Shown: positions 51,721 to 64,000 of the stretch, piece after piece
Position numbering within the stretch: position 1 is the first letter of the stretch
Layout of the letters: each line of letters starts with the position of its first letter
Source of the DNA: Lama glama
Lineage: Eukaryota
Assembly: GCA_028534125.1 (NCBI GenBank)
Contig: CM052816.1
Span: 99,078,001 to 99,142,000, forward strand
Reading direction: 5' to 3'
Length of the DNA stretch: 64,000 bases
Notes under the pieces: generated by a model
The model's database searches: none
Told to the model about the DNA's origin: nothing
Seen by the model: the letters and a program-made list of their open reading frames with translations, nothing else
Program-made: the position numbers and the translations under genes

Positions 51721-53657
51721 GTCTCAGGTGAGGCTGTAAATGGTTGGATAAGTAAGATCATCAGGGGTTCCTGGCAGCCCCTGGAAGCTTACTTTTCAGA
51801 AAGTCTGGACTTCAGTTTCTCTAATTCACTGAGAGTGTTACTTTGACTAAGTCAACGTGTTGTCCCCATTTTGAGGATGAATGTTTTTAAGCGATGTTTC
51901 CTCCGCCTCCTCCTGCACCAGCCCACAAACCAAAGACAAGCACCCCCTCCGCTCCTCTACATGCCAAATCTGCCCCCTCCACCCTTCCCATTCGGTCACT
52001 TCCCCATCCCATCAGCCCCCTCCAGTCTGCTTCCTTCCCACTCTGACCCCACCATGTCCATAACAAATGCAGGAAGAGGAAGAGAGTGGAAAATTATTAA
52101 AAGCATATAGGGCATATGTGAGAAGTGTGAGACATATTTAGGTCTAAAAAGTTACGTGCACCAGCTTATGAAAAGACTAAACGATTCTGGCTTTTTAAAG
52201 TCAGTGACAAAATTTTAAAATCAATTTAAATTCTGCAGGAATGCAATGCCAAGATTGGACAAAACTAATGATTTACTACTGTCACTTAGAGAGGTTATGA
52301 GTTCTTGATGGCTTTCATAGTTGTTGAGAATACAAAGGCTTTATCGGATAACATACAGGGTGATGAATGGGAGTGATTCACCTTTCAGGTAATTTGAGAT
52401 TTGAGTCTAGATTGACACCTTCGTCCTGGGGGGCAACAGAGGATTTCTCCTGGTGTTATTTTCATGCCAAATGCCCACTCTGCCCCCGAATACTGGCGAT
52501 GAACCTCAAGCAGTGCAATTTAACAAGCACATGAGCAGCAGCTCTGCAGCCCTCCTACTTTGTGGTGTGCCCTTTGCAAAAATCCTGCTGTATTCCTAGG
52601 CTTCATTTTCCTCATAAGCATTTTATGCAACAAGCAAACAAAAATGCTCACTGCAAGCAGAAGGAATTCATAAACACATGAGATTTTTTGCTTTGAGTTT
52701 AATACGATTAGTGATTGAAACCTTCCAGAACTTAATTCTCATATTTGCTGGATTATAAGTGTGTTTAATAGGGTAAAAGGAGATATATCTGTCTACCCAA
52801 TCTTATCCAGTACATGACCCAAAAATGCCAGATTTAAGGAAGCGATCCATTCTACTTTTGATGAGACATTAATGAGGCAATGTCTGGTTTTATTAAATAC
52901 TATACATTATTCATAAACCATCCATTCTGGAGACTAAAATATAGACATTTTCATATTATAAGCATCAATACTACATGAGATTAGCCTGGGGGTCACCTAG
53001 AGGGACCTCTGGGACCAGCACACGTCCCAGAACAATTTGTGAACAGTTGCTCCAAATGACACCCATTGGTGGATTTGGAATAGTTTGTCTTTGGAAGAAA
53101 TATATATCCATTTTAAAAAGTTTATTTTTACAATATTCCTTTGTTCTTCGGATCTACAAAATAGACCTTTTGCCATCATGAATGTGTTAAATAAAAATGG
53201 TGATATGAAGTTATCCAAAATAAACATGATTTGACTCAGAACTCTACAGCGAAGAGCTGTGAAAAATTACTTTGACATAAGAATAAACCTTATTCCTTCA
53301 ACTTCCAAGTAAAGGGAAATACATTTTCAGTATGACTTTATTTCTTGTGTACATAGATAATGTCACACCAAAAATATATTCACTATCTCATAAGTGAAAA
53401 GACCATACAAAACAGCCGTAGGCACACTCTGAGGGACAAAGATGAATTTAAGGGCAGTTAGTCTTTGATGAATCCCCCCCCCAAATTTACTGAGATAATT
53501 TTTACAATCGCCTGTAAGAGAAATAACTTGTAAAATAATATAACTATCTGAGATTTGGATTTCTCTAAGATTTAATGTATAAATGACTTTTACTTGTTTT
53601 AAATTTAAGAAGGACTATTTTATTGATCTAATTCATAGTTGCTATATGATCTCTCAC

Positions 53658-54025
53658 TGTTATGGGTTGAATTGTGTCCCCCAAAATTCATATGTTGAAG
53701 TCCTAACCCCCAGCACATTGGAAGGTGACCTTATTTGGAGATAGGGGTCTTTACAAAGGCAATTCAGACGAGGTCATGAGGGTGAGCCCTGATCCAATCT
53801 GGCTGGTGCCCTTGTAAACAAGGGATGTTTACAGGAGCCAGAGGAGCCACAAGGAGGATGCCACGTGAACATGAAGGCGGGCCTTGGGGTGATGCTCCTG
53901 ACAAGCCAAGGATGGTCAGCAGCCACCGGAGCTGGGGAGGGGCCCGGAGCAGAGCCTCCCTCAGCCTCCGCAGGAACCAGCCCCGCCCACACCTTGATCT
54001 TCAACTTAAGGCCTCCAAATACACT
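53658..54025 (+). mobile_element. MLT1C-like LTR
   Basis: tgttatgggttgaattgtgtcccccaaaattcatatgttgaagtcctaacccc...cacaccttgatct. Confidence 0.9.
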
Positions 54026-54180
54026 CACTGCCGCCCTGGTGCAACAGATGTCCATATTGCTTGTCTTTTGTGCTCTCTTTTTGTTTTTCAGGCTAAAACA
54101 AGTAGGTGGTAAATTACATGCCTATTAGCACTTTCCCGCGAGTCTTCAGGACAGCCAAGACTTGCAGCACCTGGGGAGCT

Positions 54181-54632
54181 TGTTTTGTTTTGTTTTGTTT
54201 AATTGACACATAGTCAGCTCGCAATGTTGTGTCAGCTTCTGGTGTGCAGCATTGTAGTTCAGTCATCCATACACATACACATTTTCATTTTCATATGCTT
54301 TTCCACTATAGGTTACTACAGATACTGAACATGTTTCCCTGTGTTCTACAGTAGAAGGTTGTTGCTTATCTGTTTTATATATAGTAATGTGTGTCTGTGA
54401 ATCCCCAACCCCTAATTTATCCCTCCCCACCCTTTCCCCTTTGGTAACCATAGTTTGTTTTCTATGTTTGTGAGTCTGTTTCTGTTTTGTAATAAGGTCA
54501 TTTGTCTTTTCTTTTTCTTTTTTTTTAGATTCCACAGGTAAGTGATCTCATATGGTGTTTTTCTTTCTCTGTCTGACTTACTTCACTTACAGTGATGATC
54601 TCCAGGCCATCCATGTGGCTGCAAGTGGCAAA
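54181..54632 (-). mobile_element. Camelid/artiodactyl L1 3' end
   Basis: (TTTTG)n tail, then reversed 3'UTR ttcccctttggtaaccatagtttgttttctatg...gacttacttcactta. Confidence 0.9.
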
Positions 54633-55544
54633 GAAAGGGTCTTGGTAAAATGCATATTGACTTGTTAATGGTTAATAACTAGACACTGCTTGTTTCCTCC
54701 AGGCAGATCCCTCCCCAAAGAGCCCTCAAAGGCAGGCGCCGCACTGGACAGCAAGTACCCTGACCAAGTGGGGCACTGGTCTTTGCGGGGACCTCTGTCC
54801 TCTGACGGGCCTTCCCTCACCCCTTGATGACCGCCTCTGTCCACACACAGACAGGCTTCCTTGGGCTTCAGAGAGCCCTATTCCACGTTCAGCCCTCCTG
54901 GGCCAGCAAGAAGGATAAAACATGGAGCCAGTGCCTGGGTTCCAACTTCAGCTGCACATTTAAGGAGTGATGGGCCCTGGGTGAGGGACGGCCCTCCTTG
55001 TGCCCCGGCTTTTACCATTAACGAGATAGCTTTGCCGTGCTGTGCTGGGAACCACTGGTAAAGCATCCAGACTAATCCCCAGCAAATGGAAGGTGCTTAA
55101 TTATATAATGTTTTTATTTCCTCTGACAGCACCATATACATCCTTCTATTTAAAATACTCACCATGCCACCTTTCAATCTTCTGCTTACTTGCCTACCTC
55201 ACCCACAATTTGCATCTTCATCTATATAAACATGCAAACAGTTATAGCCAGTTATTAAATGCTTCTTACAAACATTTTACAGCATTTAATCCTTAAGTTT
55301 TAATCCTGGCTACTTAAACCCAACACTCTACTTCCCTTGATATAGATGAGACTTAGAAAGATTAGGAATTACCTGGGTGGCATGATGCTTGCAGTGCTTC
55401 CCCCAAATCTGTGCACTTTCTCTCTCAGACACACCAGGGAAAGAATGTGGCCAAGCAAAGGCTCTGGTCGGGCATCCTGAAGTCAAATCAAGTAGCCTTG
55501 ATGAGCCTTGATGATGATGATAATGGTGAGGTTCACAGGCCCAC

Positions 55545-57012
55545 AGGTGGGTAGATCCTTCCTACGGGTGGTCTCATTCTCCATTAAGAGGACCAGGGCT
55601 CCTTGGAGAAACGGCTAGTTCTGGAACAGGAGCCGTGAGTACAGAAGGTGAGTCTGGGGCACTCCATAGAGCCAGAAATTAAGAAGGCGTTCAGGAAACA
55701 GCAACAAAACGCAGCAGTGATGGAAGTGTGTCAAAGGTGCTCAAGAGCCAACGGGCACAACTCCCTGTGGCCACGCCTGGAATGATTTACCAGCATGATA
55801 GATAAGAAGGCACTGGATTATGAAGTATAAACTCAGTATCCATGAGCCCATACCGATATAAGTAAGTGACTGAAGAAGTAAGTAAATGGAGAGAAGAGAC
55901 AGATCTCCTGTGCAGAATTCTAAATACATGATTCTTCTGCCCGCAGGAGGTGGTGCAGAGTTCCCCACTCCTTAAGTGCCGGCTGTGGCTGTGCTCAGGA
56001 AGTTCAGTTACTGTATAACATGGTGACGGTGCAACAGCCTGGCCATCACCACCTCGCCGGGAGATCAAGGTTAACATTGGTGGTGACAAGTCCTGTGAGC
56101 AGTATGGATGTGCATCAGTCCCGGGGCTGCCGTGACAAATCACCGCAGACTGGGAGCCTAAGACAACAGAAGTAATTTCTCCCAGCACTGAGAAGGTTAG
56201 AAGTCAGAAACCAAAATGAATGAACTGATTTTGGATGATGATTATGAGCTAAATTCTATGCCACATTCCCTCTGAAGGATTCAGGGCAGGAAGCTTCCCC
56301 CAGGCACATGGCTCCAATGTCTGCCTCTATCGTCACACGGCTTTCTCCTTGTGTCCATGTCTCAAATCCCCTCTCTGATAAAGGCACAAGTCACTGGGTT
56401 TAGGGTCACCCTAAGTTCAGGGCGATCTCATCTCAAGATCCTTAATGCAATTACACCTGCAGAGGGCCTAAATCTACATAAAGTCACATCGAAAATTCCC
56501 AGGGATTAGAGCGCAGAGATCCCTATTCAACCCACAATACCCCTGCTTGATGTGATGAAAATGGCCCTTCACTTCCATGGTCTTCTTCCTGCAAATACCT
56601 AACCCGAGTCGGACCCTGAGAGAAACTCCAGAGTCATACCAGCTAAAGAGGACCCCACAAAACACCAGCTCAGCGCTCCTCAGAACTGCAATGTCATCAA
56701 AAACAAGAGGAGTCTCAGAAGCGGCCACACACACAGGAGCTCAAGGAGGCAAGACAATTAGCGTGATGGGCACTTTGTATGGAATTCTGGAGCAGAGGAA
56801 TAATATTCACAACAACCAAGGGAATCCAAATAAAGCATAGAAGTTAGCTAATATAGTCATCCAGTGTCAGTTCACTCATTTCAACACATGCACCACGATT
56901 ATGTAAGATGTTAATCTGGAGAAACTGGGTGTGCAGTGTATGGGAACTCTTTAAACTATCTTCACAATTTTTCTGTAAATCTGAAAGTGTTCTAAAATAG
57001 AAGATTTATTTT
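55545..57012 (+). mobile_element. L1MC/L1MD-like 3'UTR
   Basis: gaccagggctccttggagaaacggct, ccccactccttaagtg, gggaactctttaaactatcttcacaatttttctgtaaatctgaaa. Confidence 0.8.
56108..56535 (-). mobile_element. MLT1C/D-like LTR nested in L1M
   Basis: ggggctgccgtgacaaatcacc...acaacagaagtaatttctc...gatctcatctcaagatccttaa...ctattcaacccaca. Confidence 0.8.
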
Positions 57013-58268
57013 AAGAAGAAAAACAAGTCTCATCTCCTTTCATGCTCAGCTCTTAATCACAAGGCCATGGTCCCCTCACCACATCCCGTGCGCCATCTTG
57101 AAATGCCTTCTCTCAGGTTCACACGCATCCATCCTCATCCTGTGCTTCATGAAGGAGCTCCAGCTCGGAGATTCATTCTGAATATATGATGAACTGTTTT
57201 CTTTTGTTATTGTTTTAGTAAAAACCAGGAAGTTTTATGTAGCATAAATTATAGAGCTCTCGTGTATATTCCAAAGAGGAGGGAGCTTTCATTTTTATTA
57301 CAAATTCTTCTGTAGTATTTGAATTTCCTCTTCTATTTGCCTTTCCCTCTCACCTCCAGGAGCTAGTATGTTCTGACTGGTTGCTTTCTTGGTGTGTTAG
57401 ATAGTCTCAAAGTAGTGATTGCATGCAAAGTTTTAAAAATACATTTTTATTGTTGCTTTCATACACACACACACACAAACACACATATATATACATATTT
57501 TTCACCATATGCAGAAATATAGTTTGTTGTTGTAAAAGAGCCAAGTGGTTTGGAGATTTGAAATATGAGCATTTTAACTGTTTTCTTCCGAGTTATTAAA
57601 AGGTTACTGATGTGGATGGCATGCTTCAGGGTCAGTTGCTATTTCAGTTTTGAAAAATAATGATGTTAGTAATCCTTAGAAGACAACACAGTCAGTCATT
57701 CCCAGAAGTACCCATGTGTAAAGTCTTCCGTTGTCTGCATAGCATTCATGTGGACAATGAGACGGACAAGCTCATCTCTTTGGAATGCCTGAACATGATG
57801 GAGAGCGGTTCATTTGTCCAAGTGTCACCAGCCAGCAGGGAGAGATGGGGCAGCCTTTGGAACTGTCACCTCCAGACACTCATATTCCAACACACCAGCT
57901 AAATAATGTGGTGCTCTGTTCAACCGGCTCCAGCCCCAGTCCAGAAAACGTTGCTGAAATCATGATAGAAGCAGCGGTTTCTTAAATAGGGTTTAGGTAT
58001 AATCCAGCAAAGCCTCAGCTGATAAAGAACTTTGAGGAAACTTATTGACTGCTTTTCTGAGCTTTCACGTATTAAATTTACTCACACCGATCTACTGCAC
58101 ACACACTCCTATGTGTGTCACATTGGTCATCCATATGGAATTGTAAATAAGCATGAATGAAATGGATGCGTTCATTTGAATTCAGCATTATTTTAAAACC
58201 CAGTGTTTCTAGTGGGGGCACAGGAGAGGTGGCTGCATTGAGCTACTCCTGTGAGCTAATAACAGGAT

Positions 58269-58768
58269 NNNNNNNNNNNNNNNNNNNNNNNNNNNNNNNN
58301 NNNNNNNNNNNNNNNNNNNNNNNNNNNNNNNNNNNNNNNNNNNNNNNNNNNNNNNNNNNNNNNNNNNNNNNNNNNNNNNNNNNNNNNNNNNNNNNNNNNN
58401 NNNNNNNNNNNNNNNNNNNNNNNNNNNNNNNNNNNNNNNNNNNNNNNNNNNNNNNNNNNNNNNNNNNNNNNNNNNNNNNNNNNNNNNNNNNNNNNNNNNN
58501 NNNNNNNNNNNNNNNNNNNNNNNNNNNNNNNNNNNNNNNNNNNNNNNNNNNNNNNNNNNNNNNNNNNNNNNNNNNNNNNNNNNNNNNNNNNNNNNNNNNN
58601 NNNNNNNNNNNNNNNNNNNNNNNNNNNNNNNNNNNNNNNNNNNNNNNNNNNNNNNNNNNNNNNNNNNNNNNNNNNNNNNNNNNNNNNNNNNNNNNNNNNN
58701 NNNNNNNNNNNNNNNNNNNNNNNNNNNNNNNNNNNNNNNNNNNNNNNNNNNNNNNNNNNNNNNNNNNN
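58269..58768. other. Assembly gap (500 N)
   Basis: Run of N. Confidence 1.
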
Positions 58769-60839
58769 GCAGTGGGGGTCAGGCCAACGACAAGGGAGGG
58801 AGGGAAACTTTGAACATCTTTTCTCACGTATCTGAAAAAGGGAACAGATCTGTTCACTGACAGCCAAAGGTGCTGATCTAATTGGCAAAAATCAGCCTTT
58901 TATCAAATCAGTAGGAATAAAAAGAAAGAAAGTAAATAATTTAATTGCTTATTTATCATTGTTCAGGCTAAGATGACTCAATATTCCCCAAATATGTTTA
59001 CAGTTTAAACGGTCATAATTGTTTTTAGGTGTTAAACCCAACAGTCTTTCTCTGATTTGTGATTAACATTTGGAAGGTGTTAAACAAGTTAAACAAGGGG
59101 TCTTTGCCTTGTTGTTGGCCAACATGGGGTTGGTCTGGCAACGGGCTGGGAGTGGGAGCTGGTGAGAGGAGAAAGCATATTTACCTTCTAAGTGAGGCTC
59201 AGGGTTAAGAGTCCAAGATGGAAATGCTTAAGAACAGTTAATAATCTGGCGATCATCAACACGACCTGCTTCCTGTAGCTCGGAGGTATTAACCTGCTCC
59301 CCCAAGCCATCGCCATGTTTCCTTCATGACAGTGGGAGGTCATGGAAAATGCAGCTATCACATCTCAGTGTCTCCCGTCCTGGTCCTTCAGCTTACTTGA
59401 CCACCTCATGCCAACCGATGTGGTTGGGCTAGCTCTGCAAAGTTGGAGAGAACAGGTGGTTGAGTTCAGCAGGTCCACATCATGAAAAGTGTCACTGAAA
59501 TTAGCAAACAGAATGAAGACAACCATTTCTGTCTTTCATCTTTGTTCCAACCCGATTTCTCACTGTGGCATGGCTTGGACCATCCAACCAGCTATAGAGA
59601 AAAAGGTATAACTTCTGATCATACAGTAACGCATTTTTGGTTTGATATTTAAGTCATAACACATATTTAAGGCCATAATTCTCAGTGTCCTTTTCTTTAA
59701 TTCTCCAAAGGGAAAAATGCAGCATGAAAATTCAGAAGGCTGTAACTCTGAAATTCATTGGTATGAACAAATATTTGACATTCCCAAGAAAGGGAGTGGA
59801 TTTTAGTGATTATGCCATTAAGCTACAGCTGGATTGCTATTTGTCTGCAATTTTAAACCCTGGCTGTTAAAATTAATTACATTCAAGGAGAGTTTATCAG
59901 AATAAAACTCAGATGTGATATTTTTAGTCTCTGGAATTAAAGTGGCACCCGTGAGCCAATAGATCACACTGAAAACAGCCAGCCTTGCCGTTTCGGATTC
60001 TTTAAACAGACTTATTCTGATTGTAACAAAAACACCCATAAATCTATGCACATATATATTGATCTTGGCTTCCTCTTAAAAATGACTCTGTCCTAGTAAG
60101 TTGGCATATTTCATAAACAAACCAACAAATTATTGATCTATCATATACTCTAAAAGTCCTATGAAGAATCTAGGTTGCTTTTAAGTTCATACTGCACCTA
60201 AGGGAATGAGAAACTCTGAAATGAAAAATAGATACTTAAAAAGAAGCCCAGAAGATATATAGCTGTCTCCTTCCACTTCTTTCCAGGCTGCTGTTGTGAT
60301 TCGATCTGTGTGTATCGCACCCGACGCCGTATCACTGATGGGGCAGCGGGGGACATTAACGCCACTCCTTTCCAAGAGGCTTCAGTAATTAAGTTACCGC
60401 ATCTAATGATTGCTTGGTGAGAAAGCCTGTCTAGATACCGCTTTGCTAAAACAAAGGATGTGTAAATTAATGTACTGGTAGGGTATGCTCTATTAAAGTC
60501 TCACTGTAGAATTAGATTTAAAAAATTGTTTCTATTCATTTAGTCTAAAAAGGATATTACTGAAATACTTTGTTAATAAAATTAAAATGGTGACTGATAC
60601 ATTAATCACTGTACTGAATCAGAGAAGGACCCGTATAATGTTGTTTCATCAGATGTTTCTCACATGAGCAAGGCAGGTTCGGTCAGAGGATCAGGTCACT
60701 AGGACGACGACCTCAGTTACACGAATCAGAAAGATTGCAGTGAATGTGTGGGGAGTCACGTGGTCTCACCTAAAAGCTGGTGTAGGCCCGAGGTCAGCAT
60801 TGGGAATGTATTACACAGATACCTATTTCTTTAAGACAA

Positions 60840-61300
60840 AATAATGTCTTCATCTTTCAGAATAAGGAGCCAGAAAGTAAACAAAAGGCCAGATGACCAA
60901 ATAGATAAGTGATAGGAAGAAAAATAATAGAGCTGGCCACCGTATAATTTAGTGTGGTTGGGTTGGGAGTGTTTGAGAGGGAGACATTTGATCAAAGTCT
61001 TTAAGAAGCTGGAGGAATCAGCCATGCAGATGGGGCAGGGTAGGGGGATCCAGGGAAAGGAGGGCATGGCAGTTCCCTGGGGTGGGCGTGTGTGAGCGGA
61101 GGTCGAGGTCAGTGAGGGAAGTAGGGGTGCCCACTGTGGAGGAGAGATCAGGAGGAGAGAAGTCAGAGGGCAGGCTGCTCTTGGGACGTCTAGGTAGCAC
61201 ACTGAGGGTCATTTTAAGGACCCCAACTTGTGCTGAGTGACATGGAGTGCTTGGTAGCTGAGGGTCAAGCAGAAACACAGGTGGACCAGCTGGAGAGCTG
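60840..61300 (-). mobile_element. L2 fragment
   Basis: gagggagacatttgatcaaagtcttt...ggaatcagccatgcagat. Confidence 0.55.
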
Positions 61301-62089
61301 GGCAGACACCCAGATGCAGGTGGCAGGGCTCAGCCCTGGGAGGGAACTCAGGGTGGTGGGAGGGAGCCAGATTCTGCAGAGTGGGTGGTGGAGCCCACAT
61401 GGCATCCCTTGGGATACAAGGAAAAGAGGAGTAGAGGGTGTGCCTAAGTTCTGTTCTGCCCAGCCTCAGACTCACCATTGCCATCTACTGAAGAAGAGGC
61501 CATACAATAGGTCTGGGCAGGGGAACTGGGGTGGCCAGACATCACACAGAAAAGGAGTGAGGAACAGGCAGGGATGGGCTGTCTGAGTGCAGGGGAGAGA
61601 TTTCAGCAGACAGCAGGGGGTTCCTTGGTGAAGAGGTACATTCAAAGCCAAAAGAGAGGCCAGATCACCACAGCGCAGGCACAAGAGAAGTGCGTGGCTG
61701 TTACAGAATAGCTCTGAAATGTAAGTTTAGCCTCTTTTACAAAGGATCGGTTATATCTGTGTGTAATAAAGAAACTTACCAAGCAATATGGCTTATTTGG
61801 GATGCTGGTTGCTATTTTTCACAAGTCTAAACATAAATTAACAGGATGTCCTGTCTTTATCACCCATGTGATCTAAACAGGAATACAGTACAATAAGTCA
61901 AAGATGAGAGCAGTTCGGTAATCTTAGGCCTGCATATATCTGCGGTGATGAGCCCAGCAAATCTCTGAATATTCCGTGCAGACACACTCAGTGTACGAGA
62001 ATTAACTTCATTAGGTAAAATGAAGTATTTATTGACTATGCAAATTATTTGATGTGCAGACGTTTAATAGCATTAAGAAGAACAGTTTC

Positions 62090-62220
62090 TCAAGTCAGAA
62101 GATTTGACTTTAATGTCCAGTTTTGGCATTTACTTAGCATGACGTGCTTGGGCAAAACACGGACGCATGTCTCTAATTTTCAACCTCCTTGGCTCTGAAA
62201 TGGAAACAGTATTTCCATCA
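62090..62220 (+). mobile_element. MIR
   Basis: aagtcagaagatttg...catttacttagc...cttgggcaa...ctctgaaatggaaacagt. Confidence 0.55.
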
Positions 62221-62333
62221 ACAAAGATCTAGTTGAAATCACATTTTTCTAACTTTCAGCATTTCATCATCAGTTCACACACTATAATTTAGAAAGCTGT
62301 TTTCCTTAGGAAAGGATGTGAGAGTTATATTTT

Positions 62334-62765
62334 TGTAACAGGGAAAAACAAACACGACTTCATATTCGATCCATTTCTTTTGCTTTAACTTTTGTATTTT
62401 ATTGTTTTCACTACAAATTAATCACTAAAGGGATGTCGCCTATAGCTTAAACCTTGACCTGATCTACCTGTGAATGGCTGCAGGAAAGAAGACATTAACA
62501 CATCCCTCCCAGAGTCTGGCTGGAACCAGGAAATATTTGCAACAACTTATCACCTTTTTTGCTTTACCTTTGCACCTCCCCCCGTTTACTCTATAAAAGA
62601 AATTAGCATCCAAACCTGGGCAAGATGGTTCTTTGGGACACTAGTCCACCATCTTCTTGGTCTACTGGATTTCCAAACAAAGTCACTATTCCTTGTCCCA
62701 ACACCTCATCTCTCTACTTATTGGTCTCTCATGTGGCAAGCAGCATGAGCTTGGACTCAGTAACT
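62334..62765 (+). mobile_element. ERV1-class (MER41-like) solo LTR
   Basis: tgtaac start and cagtaac end flanked by T runs; TATAAAA at 62592; ggcaagatggttctttgggacactagtccaccatcttc. Confidence 0.8.
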
Positions 62766-62849
62766 TTTTCAGTATTGATCTGTAGCTATTTCAAAGGGTC
62801 AAGGTCAGAAAATATGGTAGGCACTACATAGATATTTTTATAATTGTTT

Positions 62850-63418
62850 AAGATATATTTTGCAGGCTATGGTGTGTTTAATTTTCATAAATTCTTTGTG
62901 TGTGCTTCAAAAATGTTTGTTCTCTAAATATTGAGTATAGGACACACTGTATTCCATCATGACATGGATGTTAAGTGTGTTATTCAGAATTTCTACATCT
63001 ACTTTTTTCAGTCTACTTAATCTGTCAATTTCTAAGAAAGTTATGTTAAGATCTACATTATGATGGTGAATTTGTCCATTTCTTCTTGTAATTCTCTTAA
63101 TGTTCTGCCTTTTATAATTTGTGTTAGGTGCATACAGATTCCAGAATGCTCTATCTTTTGAGTAAAACGAATCTTTTATCATGATGCAATGGTGGCATTC
63201 ATCTGCTGCGACCTCTGTGTTTCTTAAAGCCTATTCTATAATCTCAGTACAGATACACTGGCTTCCTTATGGTTTGTACTTGCCTGATAGAAGACCAGAG
63301 TTTGGTGGGGGGGATTTTAATTTTGTCTAATTCATCTATTTTTAATCCTTTGGTCCTAATTGGAAGTCCCTATATTTTAATAGGAAATGTAGTCCATTCA
63401 ATTTGTTGCTTTTACTAA
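62850..63418 (-). mobile_element. L1M ORF2 endonuclease fragment
   Basis: Minus-strand ORF contains NLYAPN and DLNITFLEIDRLSRLK (L1 EN-like). Confidence 0.75.
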
Positions 63419-63419
63419 T

Positions 63420-63720
63420 TGTCTTACACTAGGTCCTCGGGAGCAGATTCTTGCAGAGAAAAAGGCCAAGAAAAGATGGGGTCGAGTGGGAAGGAGGGCA
63501 GGTTTAACTCAGGCAGCGCTGGGACGTCCAGGAAGAGGGAGACAGCACAGAGCTGCCTGGTCAGGAGCATGGAGTTGTTTCTTCTCGTGTTTTGGTGTAT
63601 GTTTGCCATCAGGTAAGGTCTGGCCTCTGTGAGAGGTGGAACAGCGGTGTAAATGGAGAGACAGGGGTGCAGGCTGTCAGGGTGAAATGATAAAGGGGCT
63701 CTGAGGGTGACAGCAGAACA
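63420..63720 (-). mobile_element. Possible old ERVL-type LTR
   Basis: Begins tgtcttacactaggtcctcgggagcagattc, like a reversed LTR16/LTR33 end, and interrupts L1 sequence. Confidence 0.35.
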
Positions 63721-64000
63721 CTGACACTTTCAGTTACGCTGATACATTTTTCTAGCATCTCATCTATGTTCTGTTTACTACTTTTTGCTTCTTTTTTCCT
63801 ATCTGTTGGATCCTTGCATCTTCCTACCTACCTATCTATCTATTCATTCCTTATTTTCCACAGACATAAGTTTGAAACCATAAATTTTGTATATTTGAGG
63901 TAACTGTAACTATTTCACATACTCATGTGCCTGTGTCTAAAATTAATCAATAAATATGGCAAATCTCTCCTTAACTAGTAGTTCATAAGGGTATGTAGAA

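Noticed and set aside
58157..58888. ORFs over 200 aa
   Set aside because: Artefacts of the N gap
1..64000. Prokaryotic systems (CRISPR arrays, operons), tRNA or rRNA genes
   Set aside because: Sequence is mammalian; I saw no repeat-spacer array or structural RNA gene

Overview
Mammalian non-coding DNA, most likely camelid judging from the young L1 3'UTRs. Much of it is transposon relics (L1/L1M, L2, MIR, MLT1/ERVL/ERV1 LTRs, MER5A), with several repeat-free enhancer-like blocks and one 500-N gap. I found no intact protein-coding gene; the supplied ORFs are noise or L1 debris. The main discovery is absent from the ORF track: a ~1.7 kb degraded endogenous parvoviral element on the minus strand (~243-1971). 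Read across frameshifts, it gives colinear Protoparvovirus/Amdoparvovirus-type capsid (VP) motifs. Possible NS1 and VP1-start remnants lie upstream, and it is cut at its 3' end by an old L1M. Other notable items: a consensus-like recursive splice motif (polypyrimidine-CAG|GTAAGT) at 28720, a solo poly(A) insertion with a 17-bp target-site duplication, two twin-primed inverted L1s, and a possible ancient Gypsy relic. All family assignments are by eye from remembered consensus motifs; no searches were run and boundaries are approximate.
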